Positions 26,052 to 35,444 of a stretch of DNA of 63,432 nucleotides are shown piece after piece. Source of the stretch: Clostridiales bacterium (GTDB taxonomy: Bacteria; Bacillota; Clostridia; Oscillospirales; CAG-382); the NCBI GenBank assembly GCA_016286245.1, contig JAEESG010000002.1:1-63432 (forward strand). Reading direction: 5' to 3'. A program made the translations under genes and the position numbers. Under the pieces are notes generated by a model. It was not told where the DNA came from, ran no database searches, and saw only the letters and a program-made list of their open reading frames with translations. The first letter of the stretch is position 1, and the number at the start of each line of letters is the position of its first letter.

Positions 26052-28340
26052 TCATATTTTTCTCATTATTTTGTCGAACAAAATAACGACGGGGCGGAAA
26101 GCGATTTTAAGCCGCCAGTAAAGGTTGTTCATTTTCCACTCTTTCAGGTGCGTTTTAATTTCTTTTGCGAGAATTTTGTTGTATTTCGCCTTTTCTCTTA
26201 CGGAAAGGCCCGTATTGGTGAGGCTCTTTTCGTGCTGATAGTAGCAGTAATAGGGAATGCTTATGGAAGATACGCTGCGCGCTTTTGAAAACGCGCGCAC
26301 GTTGAAAATCGCGTCCTCCGCCGTCTTCATTCCCGTCGGAAAACGGAGCCCTTCAAGGCAGTTTCTGCTGTACATTGCACAGCACACGCTGTTTAAGCTT
26401 ATTCCCGTTATAAAGCAGGGATAAACCTCTTTTTTGAAGCGTTCCTTTTCCACGGTACCGTCCGTGCGGAATAGGTTTTCGGAAAACGAGACCTCTCCGT
26501 TGTCCTTTATGATTTTATATGCGAAATGAACTATGTCTGTCTGCGTTTCCTCGTGGAATCTCACAAGGTCGGGGATGGAATTGGGCACAAGCGAGTCGTC
26601 GGAGTCGACGAACAAGATGAGGTCGCCCGTCGCGTTTTCAAGCCCGAGATTTCTCGCGTTCGCAACGCCGAGGTTTTGTCCCGGGTCAACGAGTTTTATT
26701 TTATCCCCGTATTTTTTCAGTTTTTCAAGGCTGCCGTCGGTCGAGCCGTCGTTTACCGCGACAATTTCGACGTTCGGGTAGTTTTGCTCAAGCAGCGAAT
26801 CGATGCATCTTTCCACGTATTGCTCGCGGTTATAGACGGGAACTATTACCGACACGCGAGAAAGCGCTTTTTCCGTCTCGGACGAGGAGCTTAACGTTCC
26901 CTTCGCAAGCAGATTGGAATACTCCGCCCTGCGCATCTCTTTTTCTTCGGTATTGCGCATATTTTCCGTCTCCTCGTCGAAGCCTTCCGTCGCGGAGGTC
27001 GTGAAAACTGTCTTGAAGGTGAGCATTATAATCTTGAAGTCGAGCATAAGGGAGAAGTTTACCTCGTAAATAAGGTCCATAAGTATCTTATCCTCGGCTT
27101 TTGTGTTGTATTTTCCGTAAACCTGCGCATAACCGGAAAGTCCCGCCTTTACAAGATACCGCAGGTCGTAGTTTTTAACGGTTTTACTGTAAACGTCGGC
27201 AAAAACGGGTCTTTCGGGGCGCGGTCCGATGAAAGACATCTCTCCGCGGAGTATGTTTACAAGCTGCGGAAGCTCGTCGAGCCGCAGCGAGCGCAGAATT
27301 TTTCCCGCGCGCGTAATCCGCGCGTCGTCTTTCTGCGACAGTTGTGCGCCGTCCTTTTCGGCGTTTTCGTACATGGTGCGGAACTTATATAAATTAAACC
27401 TTTTCTTGCCTATCGTATACCTTTCCTGTTTATAAATCACGGGGCCCTTTGAATCCCTTTTTATCCAAAGCGCGCAGACAAGAAACAGCGGCGAGAGAAT
27501 GACAAGCGAAATCAAGGACGCCGCGATATCGAAAAGTCTTTTTATGAATTTTTCAAACGTTGATATTACAATGCCGTTTTTCACGATAAGAACGGTGTCG
27601 CCGAACTGGCTTATTTTTGCGTTCATCGTGTAAATATCGTTTATCTGCGCGGGAATGCTTACCTGCTTGTGAAGAAGCAGAGAGCCGGCAAGGATTTTGT
27701 CGCTCGCATCCTTGTTTATTTTCGGCGAAATAACGACGGCGTCGTTTAACGGAAGAATGGTTTTTATGAAGGAGTCGACCTCTTCTTCGTTTTCGTCGTC
27801 TATCATGTAATACCATGAGCCGTCAATGTTCGGGGACGAATATTTGAGCTTGCGCGCAAGAGCCGTATCGCTCTTTATTGACTCCAGAATGACCGTGCGT
27901 TCTTTTTTCTTGAATCTGTTGAGAAGAACCGTTGTGAACATTCTCCACGCCTCAAGAAGAAGCAGCGTGAACAAAAACAGATAAATCCACGTCGAGAAAA
28001 AGGTGTACTCCCAACCTGCAAGAAGGCTTACGGCAAGCGCTCCGAAGACCGACGCGGTCGTCGAAAACAGCACGGAAAGAATTACTTCGTCTTTTGCGCG
28101 GGCTTTATCCTTGAACAGATCGAAAAGATAGAAGAAGAACAAAAACATCAAAAGATATACCGCAAGAAGCTGATAGTTTTTCTGAGTGAACACGTCGGAA
28201 AAGCCCGAAGCTTTCAGTGCGAAAAACAGCCCCAGAGCCTCGAGAAAAATATCTCCGAAAAATTCAATGATTCTTACAAAGAAAAACGGTTTGCTTTTGT
28301 TCAACGGTATCCCTTCTTTCAAATCCGTGCAAAAAAACAC
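26052..28340 (-). CDS. Fusion protein: WbaP-type polyprenyl-phosphate phosphoglycosyl transferase (N-terminal TM region plus sugar-transferase domain) joined to a C-terminal GT2 glycosyltransferase
   Basis: Sugar-transferase core: RLFDIAASLISLVILSPLF..KRDSKGPVIYKQER..FNLYKFRTM..DARITRAGKILRSLRLDELPQLVNILRGEMSFIGPRPERP. The GT2 signature VSVIVPVYNREQYVERCIDSLLEQNYPNVEIVAVNDGSTDGS...FVDSDD follows. Confidence 0.85.
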   Translation of the reverse strand: MFFCTDLKEGIPLNKSKPFFFVRIIEFFGDIFLEALGLFFALKASGFSDVFTQKNYQLLAVYLLMFLFFFYLFDLFKDKARAKDEVILSVLFSTTASVFGALAVSLLAGWEYTFFSTWIYLFLFTLLLLEAWRMFTTVLLNRFKKKERTVILESIKSDTALARKLKYSSPNIDGSWYYMIDDENEEEVDSFIKTILPLNDAVVISPKINKDASDKILAGSLLLHKQVSIPAQINDIYTMNAKISQFGDTVLIVKNGIVISTFEKFIKRLFDIAASLISLVILSPLFLVCALWIKRDSKGPVIYKQERYTIGKKRFNLYKFRTMYENAEKDGAQLSQKDDARITRAGKILRSLRLDELPQLVNILRGEMSFIGPRPERPVFADVYSKTVKNYDLRYLVKAGLSGYAQVYGKYNTKAEDKILMDLIYEVNFSLMLDFKIIMLTFKTVFTTSATEGFDEETENMRNTEEKEMRRAEYSNLLAKGTLSSSSETEKALSRVSVIVPVYNREQYVERCIDSLLEQNYPNVEIVAVNDGSTDGSLEKLKKYGDKIKLVDPGQNLGVANARNLGLENATGDLILFVDSDDSLVPNSIPDLVRFHEETQTDIVHFAYKIIKDNGEVSFSENLFRTDGTVEKERFKKEVYPCFITGISLNSVCCAMYSRNCLEGLRFPTGMKTAEDAIFNVRAFSKARSVSSISIPYYCYYQHEKSLTNTGLSVREKAKYNKILAKEIKTHLKEWKMNNLYWRLKIAFRPVVILFDKIMRKI

Positions 28341-28364
28341 TTATTCCATTTTATTTATTAACTT

Positions 28365-28393
28365 ATTATAACATACTATTTTCAATTTTGCAA
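28365..28393 (-). promoter_or_regulatory. Internal sigma-A promoter within the glycan locus
   Basis: Minus strand: TTGCAA (28393..28388), 17 nt, TGtTATAAT (28373..28365). Confidence 0.45.
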
Positions 28394-28423
28394 CATTAAC
28401 AAAATTTCTCATAAAATCTTGTA

Positions 28424-28462
28424 GAAAAAAACGAAAACCGAAGGGTTGGCCCTGCGGTTTTT
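28424..28462 (-). terminator. Internal rho-independent terminator after the GT2 gene
   Basis: Hairpin aaaccg-a-aggg/ccct-g-cggttt (28435-28460). On the minus strand it is followed by TTTTCGTTTTTTT. Confidence 0.5.
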
Positions 28463-28487
28463 ATAAAATATTAATATAGAAATTGTC

Positions 28488-29465
28488 TTATTTGTCGAAA
28501 ACAAAGTGCTTTTTGAGCAGTTTGAGTCTTATTTTTTTCGGCGCGTACAGCATGAGAAAGTACAGCGCAAAGTGCATTAAATTACTTTTATATAGCATGG
28601 ATACGGAAACGTATTTTCTGAAATCCTTATCGTCGAGAAAATCCGAAACGAAAGATTCGTTTCCGGGGACGCGCAAAGCAAAAGCGCAGTAGTTAAGAAG
28701 CGTAAGCGCGCCGACGCAGATAAGCGCCTTTTTCGAGTTTTCGTCAAAATCTTTTTCAAGCGCGTCTGAAAACGCGCGTTTTATTTTCGGAATTCTCGAA
28801 AGCTGCGTTTCGTCCGCGCGGCAGTAGCCGGAGGATTTTATGTTGTAATTATAATAAACGCCGCTTACAAACGATATTTTTTTGAGATACAAAAGCATAT
28901 CCATATTGAATTTGAAGTCTTCGCTGAAAAATTTTTTCGAGTCCCCGAACAAAAGCCCGGTTTCATTGAGGAAACTCTTTTTTATGAGTTTATTGCACAC
29001 CTCGTTGGTATGCTTCAGCTTATAAAAACAGTTGAAAATATATTCCGCTCTGTCGGAAATTTCGATATTTTCGTCAAAGCTTGCGCGCACGTTTTCTTTT
29101 CCGTCCTCGAATATATCCCTTATTCCGCACTGAACGACTTCGGCGCCGCTTTCTTTCGCGCGCGCGAGCATTTTTCCGAACATTTCCTTCTCACACGTAT
29201 CGTCTGCGTCCGCAAAGCCGACGTATTCGCCGTGAGCATTCCGCAGTCCCGCGTTTCTCGCGCTTCCCTGCCCCGCGTTTTCCTGCGAAAAAACCGCAAT
29301 TTTATCGCCGTATTCCGCTAAAATCTGCGCGGTGCCGTCGGTCGAGCCGTCGTTTACGACGATTATCTCGAGACCCGGAAGCGTCTGCGAAAGAAGCGAG
29401 TCTATGCAGGCTTTTATTGTCTTTTCTCCGTTATAAACAGGAACGATTACCGAAACGTCAGTCAT
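28488..29465 (-). CDS. Glycosyltransferase family 2
   Basis: VSVIVPVYNGEKTIKACIDSLLSQT...VVNDGSTDGT...FADADD. Confidence 0.85.
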   Translation of the reverse strand: MTDVSVIVPVYNGEKTIKACIDSLLSQTLPGLEIIVVNDGSTDGTAQILAEYGDKIAVFSQENAGQGSARNAGLRNAHGEYVGFADADDTCEKEMFGKMLARAKESGAEVVQCGIRDIFEDGKENVRASFDENIEISDRAEYIFNCFYKLKHTNEVCNKLIKKSFLNETGLLFGDSKKFFSEDFKFNMDMLLYLKKISFVSGVYYNYNIKSSGYCRADETQLSRIPKIKRAFSDALEKDFDENSKKALICVGALTLLNYCAFALRVPGNESFVSDFLDDKDFRKYVSVSMLYKSNLMHFALYFLMLYAPKKIRLKLLKKHFVFDK

Positions 29466-30486
29466 TTTCGCTCTCCAGGTATTCTTTTAAGTCGGATATA
29501 TGCATAAGCGCGCTTTGTTTTTCGCTTTCGGGCGCAAAAACGACGGACGTCGTTTTTGCCGCCGTTTCGGACAGCGCTTCATAAGTTATCCCGGTCTTTT
29601 TCATATACGGAATTCTGTGTTTTTCGCACAGAATCTTTACTTTCGACGCGTCCGAAACGGCATAAACCTTGTCTATGCCCGAAAGCAGAGCCGAAACTAT
29701 GCCGTGGAAGCGCGAAGACACTATTTTTCCGCAGCGCGCGACGTTTTTCATAATATACGCGGGATCTGAGTTGTAGCTTATGATTTCCGCATGCTCCGCA
29801 TGCTTCATCAGACTTTTTATTCCGTTTACGGCAAACGCGTCGTTTTCCGTGCCGCCGTCGAACGCGAAAAGAAGCACTTTTTTGCCCTCTTTTTCGGCAA
29901 AATCGTCGCAGAAGCGCGCAAGCGCCTCGAAATAAGGATAATTTTCCGCCGAAAAGTTCTTCTGCGTGGGAATTATTCCGAGAAGGTTTTCGCCTGTTTT
30001 TTCGTAAACGTCTTCGTTTCCGAGCGCGAAAACCAAATCGGAATGGAGTTTTATTATTTTTTTCGGAGAAGCTTTTTTTATTATTCCGTATGACGTTTCG
30101 TCCCTGCACGAAATAAAGCCGTATTTGCCAAGCTCCCGCTTTATGAGTGCGTTTTCAAGCCCTCTTTCCGATTTGTCGACGCTGCAGCCGACGACGCCCG
30201 CCTTTTTTTCTTTTATTTTCTTTTCTTTCGGAATGGACAGCAGCTTTTGCGCAATATTCAATTTCGAGTCGTACTTGAATCCCGTGCCGATGACGTTTAC
30301 CAGCGCGTCGAAAGACGCGTTTTCGTCGTACGGGCGCACGTTTGAAAGGTCCTTTAAGTGCAGCAGCAGTTCCTTTTTTCCGCAGTCGGGGAAAAAGTCG
30401 TATTCCGGCAGATTTTTTACCAGAATGCGCTGCATGAGGTCGTCGCCGAAGTTTTTGTCAAAATATCCCGTAAGTCTTATGTTCAT
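29458..30486 (-). CDS. Polysaccharide pyruvyl transferase family protein (CsaB/WcaK-like)
   Basis: N-terminus MNIRLTGYFDKNFGDDLMQ and C-terminal ..SSRFHGIVSAL.. are characteristic of PS_pyruv_trans proteins. I prefer the start at 30486 (GAGAGGGA Shine-Dalgarno). Confidence 0.7.
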   Translation of the reverse strand: MNIRLTGYFDKNFGDDLMQRILVKNLPEYDFFPDCGKKELLLHLKDLSNVRPYDENASFDALVNVIGTGFKYDSKLNIAQKLLSIPKEKKIKEKKAGVVGCSVDKSERGLENALIKRELGKYGFISCRDETSYGIIKKASPKKIIKLHSDLVFALGNEDVYEKTGENLLGIIPTQKNFSAENYPYFEALARFCDDFAEKEGKKVLLFAFDGGTENDAFAVNGIKSLMKHAEHAEIISYNSDPAYIMKNVARCGKIVSSRFHGIVSALLSGIDKVYAVSDASKVKILCEKHRIPYMKKTGITYEALSETAAKTTSVVFAPESEKQSALMHISDLKEYLESEND

Positions 30487-30487
30487 A

Positions 30488-32035
30488 TTATCCCTCTCGG
30501 TTTTTCCCTGAAATTTTGTCGGCAAAAAAGCGGTACGCCTTTTGCTTTTCCTCTCTCGAAAACAGCACGATAAAGCCGAACGCGTAGCCCAAAGCGGCGC
30601 ATATTGCGGCGCAGAGAATGAGAATTGCCCAGGAATTTATTTCAAAAAGGCTCTTTATTCCGTAAAAAGCAAAGAACATCACGAGATTTAGCAGAACGCC
30701 CTTTAGCAAAACGGGATAAAAGGAGAGCTTTGAGACGGCGAGGTTCGACGACGCGTACATCGGCACGAAAAGGGCAATTCTGAGAAGGAGAAGCAGCGAG
30801 CTTACCCCGGCTATCGCGTAAAGACCCAAAGACGTGTGTTTAAGAAGCAGAAATACCGCGCCGATATTAAGCGCGCCGATGGCGCAGTCGACGAGCGCGG
30901 GCACCTTAACCTTGCACGTTACGGTGTTTATCTGATAAAGCGGGAAAATATAGATGCTTAACGTCTGCGGAAGAAGCGTCAGTACCGATAAAATCTGAAT
31001 TACCGAGATTTCGCCTGCCGTCATGGACGGCAGCCACAGCGCAAAAAAGCTTTTGCCGAAAACTATGATTCCCATAACCGGCACGCTGCATATAAGTCCG
31101 CACAGCGACATCGCAAATCTCGTTTCTTTCAGCAGCTCTTCTTTCGGCTGCGTTGAATAGCTTATCGTCATGGCCGGATAAAACGCGCTTGCGACGACGC
31201 CCACAAAGCTTATTATCATAAGCGGCAGGGTTTTCGCGACCGAAAGCAGGCTCATGCCGTACGCGCTGATAAAGAGGTTTGCCAGAAGCAGGTCAAGCCC
31301 GGTGAAAAGGATCTGGCTGAGCTGGCTTGCCGAGTTCCATATTCCGACGGAGAGAAGCGTTTTTACCGCGGAAAAATCAAACAGCTTTGCGTCAAACGAA
31401 AGGTCGGGCGCAAGCTTTTTCTTTGCAATAACCTTCAGAACCGCCGACAGAAGCGCGCTTGCAAGCGCCGCGACACCGACGTAAAAGAGGTACGGCTTGA
31501 AAAAGAAATACGCCGCGACGATTATCACCGCTTTGACAAGAATTGACAAAACGTTTATGAGGGACGATATTTCAAGCCTGTTTTTCGCAAAGGTTGCCGA
31601 GTCGTATCTCGAAAAAATCAGATTCACGAAAAACATGAGAAAAACGAGCGCCCACAGCGCTTTTATGTCGAGCGCGTGAGAGGCGGGCACAGACGTGAAT
31701 TTGTCGAGAAAAACTACGGCAAGACAGGCGGGAACGGACAAAACCACCGTCAGAAAGACGTTTGCCGCCGTTACCGACGAAAAATATCTTTTCGCTTCCG
31801 CAGCGTCGCCCTTCGAGTATGCGACGGTAATAAAGCGGTTCGCCATGCCGTTGACGGCAACGGTGATAACCGCCGCGTATTCAAGGAAATTGTTCGCAAG
31901 CCCGAAAAAGCCGTAAACCTCCTTGCCTATCTTCCCCACCGTGAGCGGCACGAGGAAAAAATTTATTGCAAGGGAAACGGCAAACGACAAAACCTGCGCA
32001 AAAATGTTGATTGTAATCTGTTTTCTGTGATTCAT
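30488..32035 (-). CDS. Wzx-type oligosaccharide flippase (MOP/polysaccharide biosynthesis protein family)
   Basis: 515 aa, about 14 TM segments, N-terminal ..NIFAQVLSFAVSLAINFFLVP... Sits within the glycan locus. Confidence 0.8.
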   Translation of the reverse strand: MNHRKQITINIFAQVLSFAVSLAINFFLVPLTVGKIGKEVYGFFGLANNFLEYAAVITVAVNGMANRFITVAYSKGDAAEAKRYFSSVTAANVFLTVVLSVPACLAVVFLDKFTSVPASHALDIKALWALVFLMFFVNLIFSRYDSATFAKNRLEISSLINVLSILVKAVIIVAAYFFFKPYLFYVGVAALASALLSAVLKVIAKKKLAPDLSFDAKLFDFSAVKTLLSVGIWNSASQLSQILFTGLDLLLANLFISAYGMSLLSVAKTLPLMIISFVGVVASAFYPAMTISYSTQPKEELLKETRFAMSLCGLICSVPVMGIIVFGKSFFALWLPSMTAGEISVIQILSVLTLLPQTLSIYIFPLYQINTVTCKVKVPALVDCAIGALNIGAVFLLLKHTSLGLYAIAGVSSLLLLLRIALFVPMYASSNLAVSKLSFYPVLLKGVLLNLVMFFAFYGIKSLFEINSWAILILCAAICAALGYAFGFIVLFSREEKQKAYRFFADKISGKNREG

Positions 32036-32058
32036 ACGTTTTCCCGCGTTTTAATAAT

Positions 32059-33099
32059 TTATTTGTTTCCCACGTCTTTAATCCTGTAAGGCCGTATTTT
32101 AGCCATAAGCCACAACAAGCGGCGCATTCTGTGCTTTATCAGAAATACAACGACAAGCCCTCTCGGAGAATGGAAATTGTATTTACAAAAGTCCGTATAT
32201 TTATGGATAATTTCGTCAATGCTTTTTTCTTTTTGCGCAAATTCGGCGTAAGAAGCCGATTTTTTCGCCGAAACGACGAGATAATCGTAAAGCATTTCGG
32301 TAAGGTACGCGCCGAGCTGTGTTTTTACGCCTTCCGAAACGCCGGCATAATGGCGCGAGCCTTCAAATTCCCGCAAAACCTGCGCCTTTACGGCCCAGTT
32401 GTCCACCGAGATGTTGCGGCTTAAAGACGAAGGGAGCACCTTGTAATTATAAAACGGTTTTTTGATTATGTAAACCGACTGTGCCTTGTGCATGATGAGA
32501 AACGAGAGCGCGAAATCCTCGCCTATAACAAGCGCGTCGTTAATTGAGAGCTGGCAGGGCATGTAAAGCTCGCGTTTTACTATTTTCGACCATATGCTCG
32601 GATAAATTCCGAACGCGTAGAACGGCCTTTTTTTGTCGTAAATGAAGGACGGCAGAATTGTGCTTGTTTTCTGCTTTTCATCGTAAAAGCCCTCGTCGAA
32701 ATTCGGCAGAACAAGCTCCTTTTTTCCGTTTGTTACGAAATAAAAGCCGAAACAGTATACGTCGGCGGGAAAACGCGAAATATATTCGTGAAGCGCGCAA
32801 AGCGCGCCCTTTTCAAGCGTGTCGTCGCTGTCGAGGTTCATAACATATCTGCCCGTCGCCGCCGTAATTCCCGCTTTTCTTGCACTCACGGGGCCGCCGT
32901 TTTGCTTGTGGATGACTTTAACGCGCGCGTTGCGCGCAAAAAGGTCAAGAAGTTTTTCGCTTCCGTCGGTCGAGCCGTCGTCAACCAGAACAAGCTCAAA
33001 GTCCGAAAAATCCTGCTCAAGCACGCTGTTTACGCAGTCGGTTATGTATTTTTTTGCCTGATAAACAGGCACGATAATGCTTATTTCGGGTGATTGCAT
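32059..33099 (-). CDS. Glycosyltransferase family 2
   Basis: ISIIVPVYQAKKYITDCVNSVLEQDF..LVLVDDGSTDGS...NLDSDD. Confidence 0.85.
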   Translation of the reverse strand: MQSPEISIIVPVYQAKKYITDCVNSVLEQDFSDFELVLVDDGSTDGSEKLLDLFARNARVKVIHKQNGGPVSARKAGITAATGRYVMNLDSDDTLEKGALCALHEYISRFPADVYCFGFYFVTNGKKELVLPNFDEGFYDEKQKTSTILPSFIYDKKRPFYAFGIYPSIWSKIVKRELYMPCQLSINDALVIGEDFALSFLIMHKAQSVYIIKKPFYNYKVLPSSLSRNISVDNWAVKAQVLREFEGSRHYAGVSEGVKTQLGAYLTEMLYDYLVVSAKKSASYAEFAQKEKSIDEIIHKYTDFCKYNFHSPRGLVVVFLIKHRMRRLLWLMAKIRPYRIKDVGNK

Positions 33100-33108
33100 T
33101 TCTCTTCC

Positions 33109-34173
33109 CTACTCTTTTATGAATTTTTCGATTTGCGAGACGTAAAGCGCGTCCTGCTTTATTACTTCGTCAAGGAAGCTTTCGCAGTTATGCGAAAATT
33201 CCTCCGGGTTGAAGTTTTCGTAATATCCGTAAATTTTGTCCGCCGCGCTCTTGTCGTCCTGCGCAAGGCTTATTCCGAGGCCGCGCGATTTTATGAGCTC
33301 TCCCGAGAAGGTCTCTTCGTTTGCGAACATCGGCTTTTTTCTCGTAAGCCCGTCGTAAAACTTGTTTGCAAGGGCGGGGGTGTTTACGAAGCTTTTCGGG
33401 TAATTATAGCAAATCATATCGAAGGAGTCGACGATTTTCATCTTGTCCTTTTCGTCGTACGCGCCGTAAACGGTAACGTTTTCAAACCGTTCGCAGAAAT
33501 TTTTAAGCTTTTCCACGCAGTCGCCCGAGCCGTAAATCTCAAAAGCAAACCTTTCGTCGTTTCCGAAAAGAGAGCAGAGCTGCGTTAAGTATTCGTATTC
33601 GCGCAGGTATCCGACGTAACCCATGACAATCTTTCCCGACGCGTTCTTTTTGCAGGAAAGAACCCTGTTTTTATAGTTTTCGTCGGAAAAATTGTGCGAT
33701 ATGAACAGCTCTCTTTTGCTTTTTATCACGCTTGCGAATTTCGGCGACGAAACGCACGTGAAAAACGCGTTTTTCGCTATCATGCGCACTATCGCCCCGT
33801 ACGGCTTTATATATTCGTACGACGCGTCTCTGTAATCGAAAACGTATTTTCCCTTATACCGCCTTTTTAAGAAAAACGGAAAGAGAATTGCGGTCTGCGT
33901 GGTTAAAATTATGAGCTTGTCGTATTTTTTCCTCTTTATCGTGCGCTTGGCAAAAGAGCGGAATTTCAAAAACGGAATGAATTTGGAAAAAAGAGAGGTA
34001 TATCTCGAAAGAGGCGCGGAAAAAGTTACGTTCTTATCGTCGTTTTCACCTTTTTCGGCGCTTCTGTTCCAGTGGACGATTTCGTACGGAACGTTTTCTT
34101 TTTCAAGCGCGGATACGTATTTTTTTACGAACGGACAAAGCTCTATCTGCCCTATGCTTATAATTCCGACCAT
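33109..34173 (-). CDS. Putative glycosyltransferase (GT-B-like); first gene of the glycan locus
   Basis: Two-lobed pattern with ..GYVGYLREYE.. and ..FEIYGSGD...VTVYGAY.. typical of GT-B enzymes. No strong signature was recognised. The call rests mainly on context. Confidence 0.45.
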   Translation of the reverse strand: MVGIISIGQIELCPFVKKYVSALEKENVPYEIVHWNRSAEKGENDDKNVTFSAPLSRYTSLFSKFIPFLKFRSFAKRTIKRKKYDKLIILTTQTAILFPFFLKRRYKGKYVFDYRDASYEYIKPYGAIVRMIAKNAFFTCVSSPKFASVIKSKRELFISHNFSDENYKNRVLSCKKNASGKIVMGYVGYLREYEYLTQLCSLFGNDERFAFEIYGSGDCVEKLKNFCERFENVTVYGAYDEKDKMKIVDSFDMICYNYPKSFVNTPALANKFYDGLTRKKPMFANEETFSGELIKSRGLGISLAQDDKSAADKIYGYYENFNPEEFSHNCESFLDEVIKQDALYVSQIEKFIKE

Positions 34174-34208
34174 TTTCCTTTTCCCCTCTGCCTGTACCTA
34201 TTTATTAT

Positions 34209-34237
34209 ATTGTATCACAAAAAAACGGCAATTTCAA
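34209..34237 (-). promoter_or_regulatory. Sigma-A promoter for the glycan locus
   Basis: Minus strand: TTGAAA (34237..34232), 17 nt, TGaTACAAT (34217..34209). Confidence 0.5.
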
Positions 34238-34249
34238 CCGATATTACAC

Positions 34250-34277
34250 AAAAAGGGGATAACCGTCGGTTATCCCC
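34250..34277 (-). terminator. Rho-independent terminator after the lipoprotein gene
   Basis: Hairpin ggggataacc(34255-64)/ggttatcccc(34268-77). On the minus strand it is followed by TTTTT. Confidence 0.6.
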
Positions 34278-34298
34278 GGAAATGCAGTATTATCGCAA

Positions 34299-35444
34299 TT
34301 ATTCGAAGTAAAGAGTCTTTTCGAGCATGTCGAAAACGGATTCAAGCGTTACTCCGTCGATTACCTTGCCGTTTCTTATCTCGATTTCAAACACGTTTCC
34401 GCCGTATTCCGCGCCGTAGTAGTAAATCAGTCCGTTATTGCAGGTGTACCAGTCTGCGCCGTTGATTTCCTTTATCTCAAAAGGAGTAACGCCGCTTGAG
34501 TTTGCGGGACGCGAATTGTTTCTTATGTAGGTGTCGGCGTCGACGCCTTCTTCAAGACCGCGGACGTTCAGCGTTACGTCTATTCCCTCGGGATATCCGC
34601 TCGACGTGTAGTCGCCGGTGTAGAATTCCCAGACGTAAAGCATTCCGTTGTACGGGTTTGGGTTGAGTGCTTCGGGTACGTAGAACGAAAGTCCGTATTC
34701 GTCGACGTTTATGCCGCCTTCCGCCTTCGGCTTGCGTTCCTCGCGCTGTTTCTTGTAAAGGTTTGTATATCTTTCGTTCTGCGCGGGCGAATACAGTATT
34801 TCAAGCTCAAAGTAAGGCTTCTTCGGCGCGTTTTGCGCTTCTTCCATAATCTTGTCTATGTCTTCCTCGGAGGTTATTTCCGAAAAATCGGGCGCCTGCT
34901 CCTCCTCGCCCTCGTTGTAAAAGATTACGTAGTCCATTGTCTGAACTTCGTCGTTAACCGTCATATCCATGACGAGCTGCGCTTCCTCGTCAGAAAGACT
35001 TATGAACGAAAGCAGCGACGATACCGCGGGAACGAACTCGGATTCTTCGAATATGCGCGCATACAGCGCGTAAAAATAGTGTTCTCCCGAATCGTCGTCC
35101 TTGTCGAATTCAAGAAAAATTTTTCCTGCCCCATCCTCAAGGTTAAATGTTACGTCCTTTCCCCAGCCGTTGAAAAAGACGTCTTTTATTCTTAAGTCGT
35201 TTTCGAGGACAATCTGCTCGAGATTGAGCAACTGCTCCTTTATTTCGGGATAGTTTTTAAGCTGTTCGCTCTCGCCGGAACTTTCTTCAAATTCGGATAC
35301 GAAGCCGTATGGATTTTTCGCCGCCGTCTCTTCACCCGAGCCTGTGCCCGGAAGAAGGTCCGTGATTTTCGCGCAGCCGGAAAACATAAGAGCCGCCGAC
35401 ACCAAAAGAAGCGCGATTTTTACGCACAAAACACCTTTTTTCAA
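34299..35444 (-). CDS. Lipoprotein of unknown function
   Basis: Signal peptide with lipobox: MKKGVLCVKIALLLVSAALMFSGC. TTG start 8 nt after GGAGG. The mature part is acidic and I recognised no family. Confidence 0.6.
   Translation of the reverse strand: MKKGVLCVKIALLLVSAALMFSGCAKITDLLPGTGSGEETAAKNPYGFVSEFEESSGESEQLKNYPEIKEQLLNLEQIVLENDLRIKDVFFNGWGKDVTFNLEDGAGKIFLEFDKDDDSGEHYFYALYARIFEESEFVPAVSSLLSFISLSDEEAQLVMDMTVNDEVQTMDYVIFYNEGEEEQAPDFSEITSEEDIDKIMEEAQNAPKKPYFELEILYSPAQNERYTNLYKKQREERKPKAEGGINVDEYGLSFYVPEALNPNPYNGMLYVWEFYTGDYTSSGYPEGIDVTLNVRGLEEGVDADTYIRNNSRPANSSGVTPFEIKEINGADWYTCNNGLIYYYGAEYGGNVFEIEIRNGKVIDGVTLESVFDMLEKTLYFE

Noticed and set aside
20882-34173. The glycan locus as a horizontally acquired island or a defence-related surface-modification island.
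   Set aside because: There are no flanking mobility genes, tRNA or direct repeats. It has its own housekeeping-type promoter, and only part of it (about 22-25 kb) looks compositionally different by eye. I treat it as a chromosomal cell-envelope locus.
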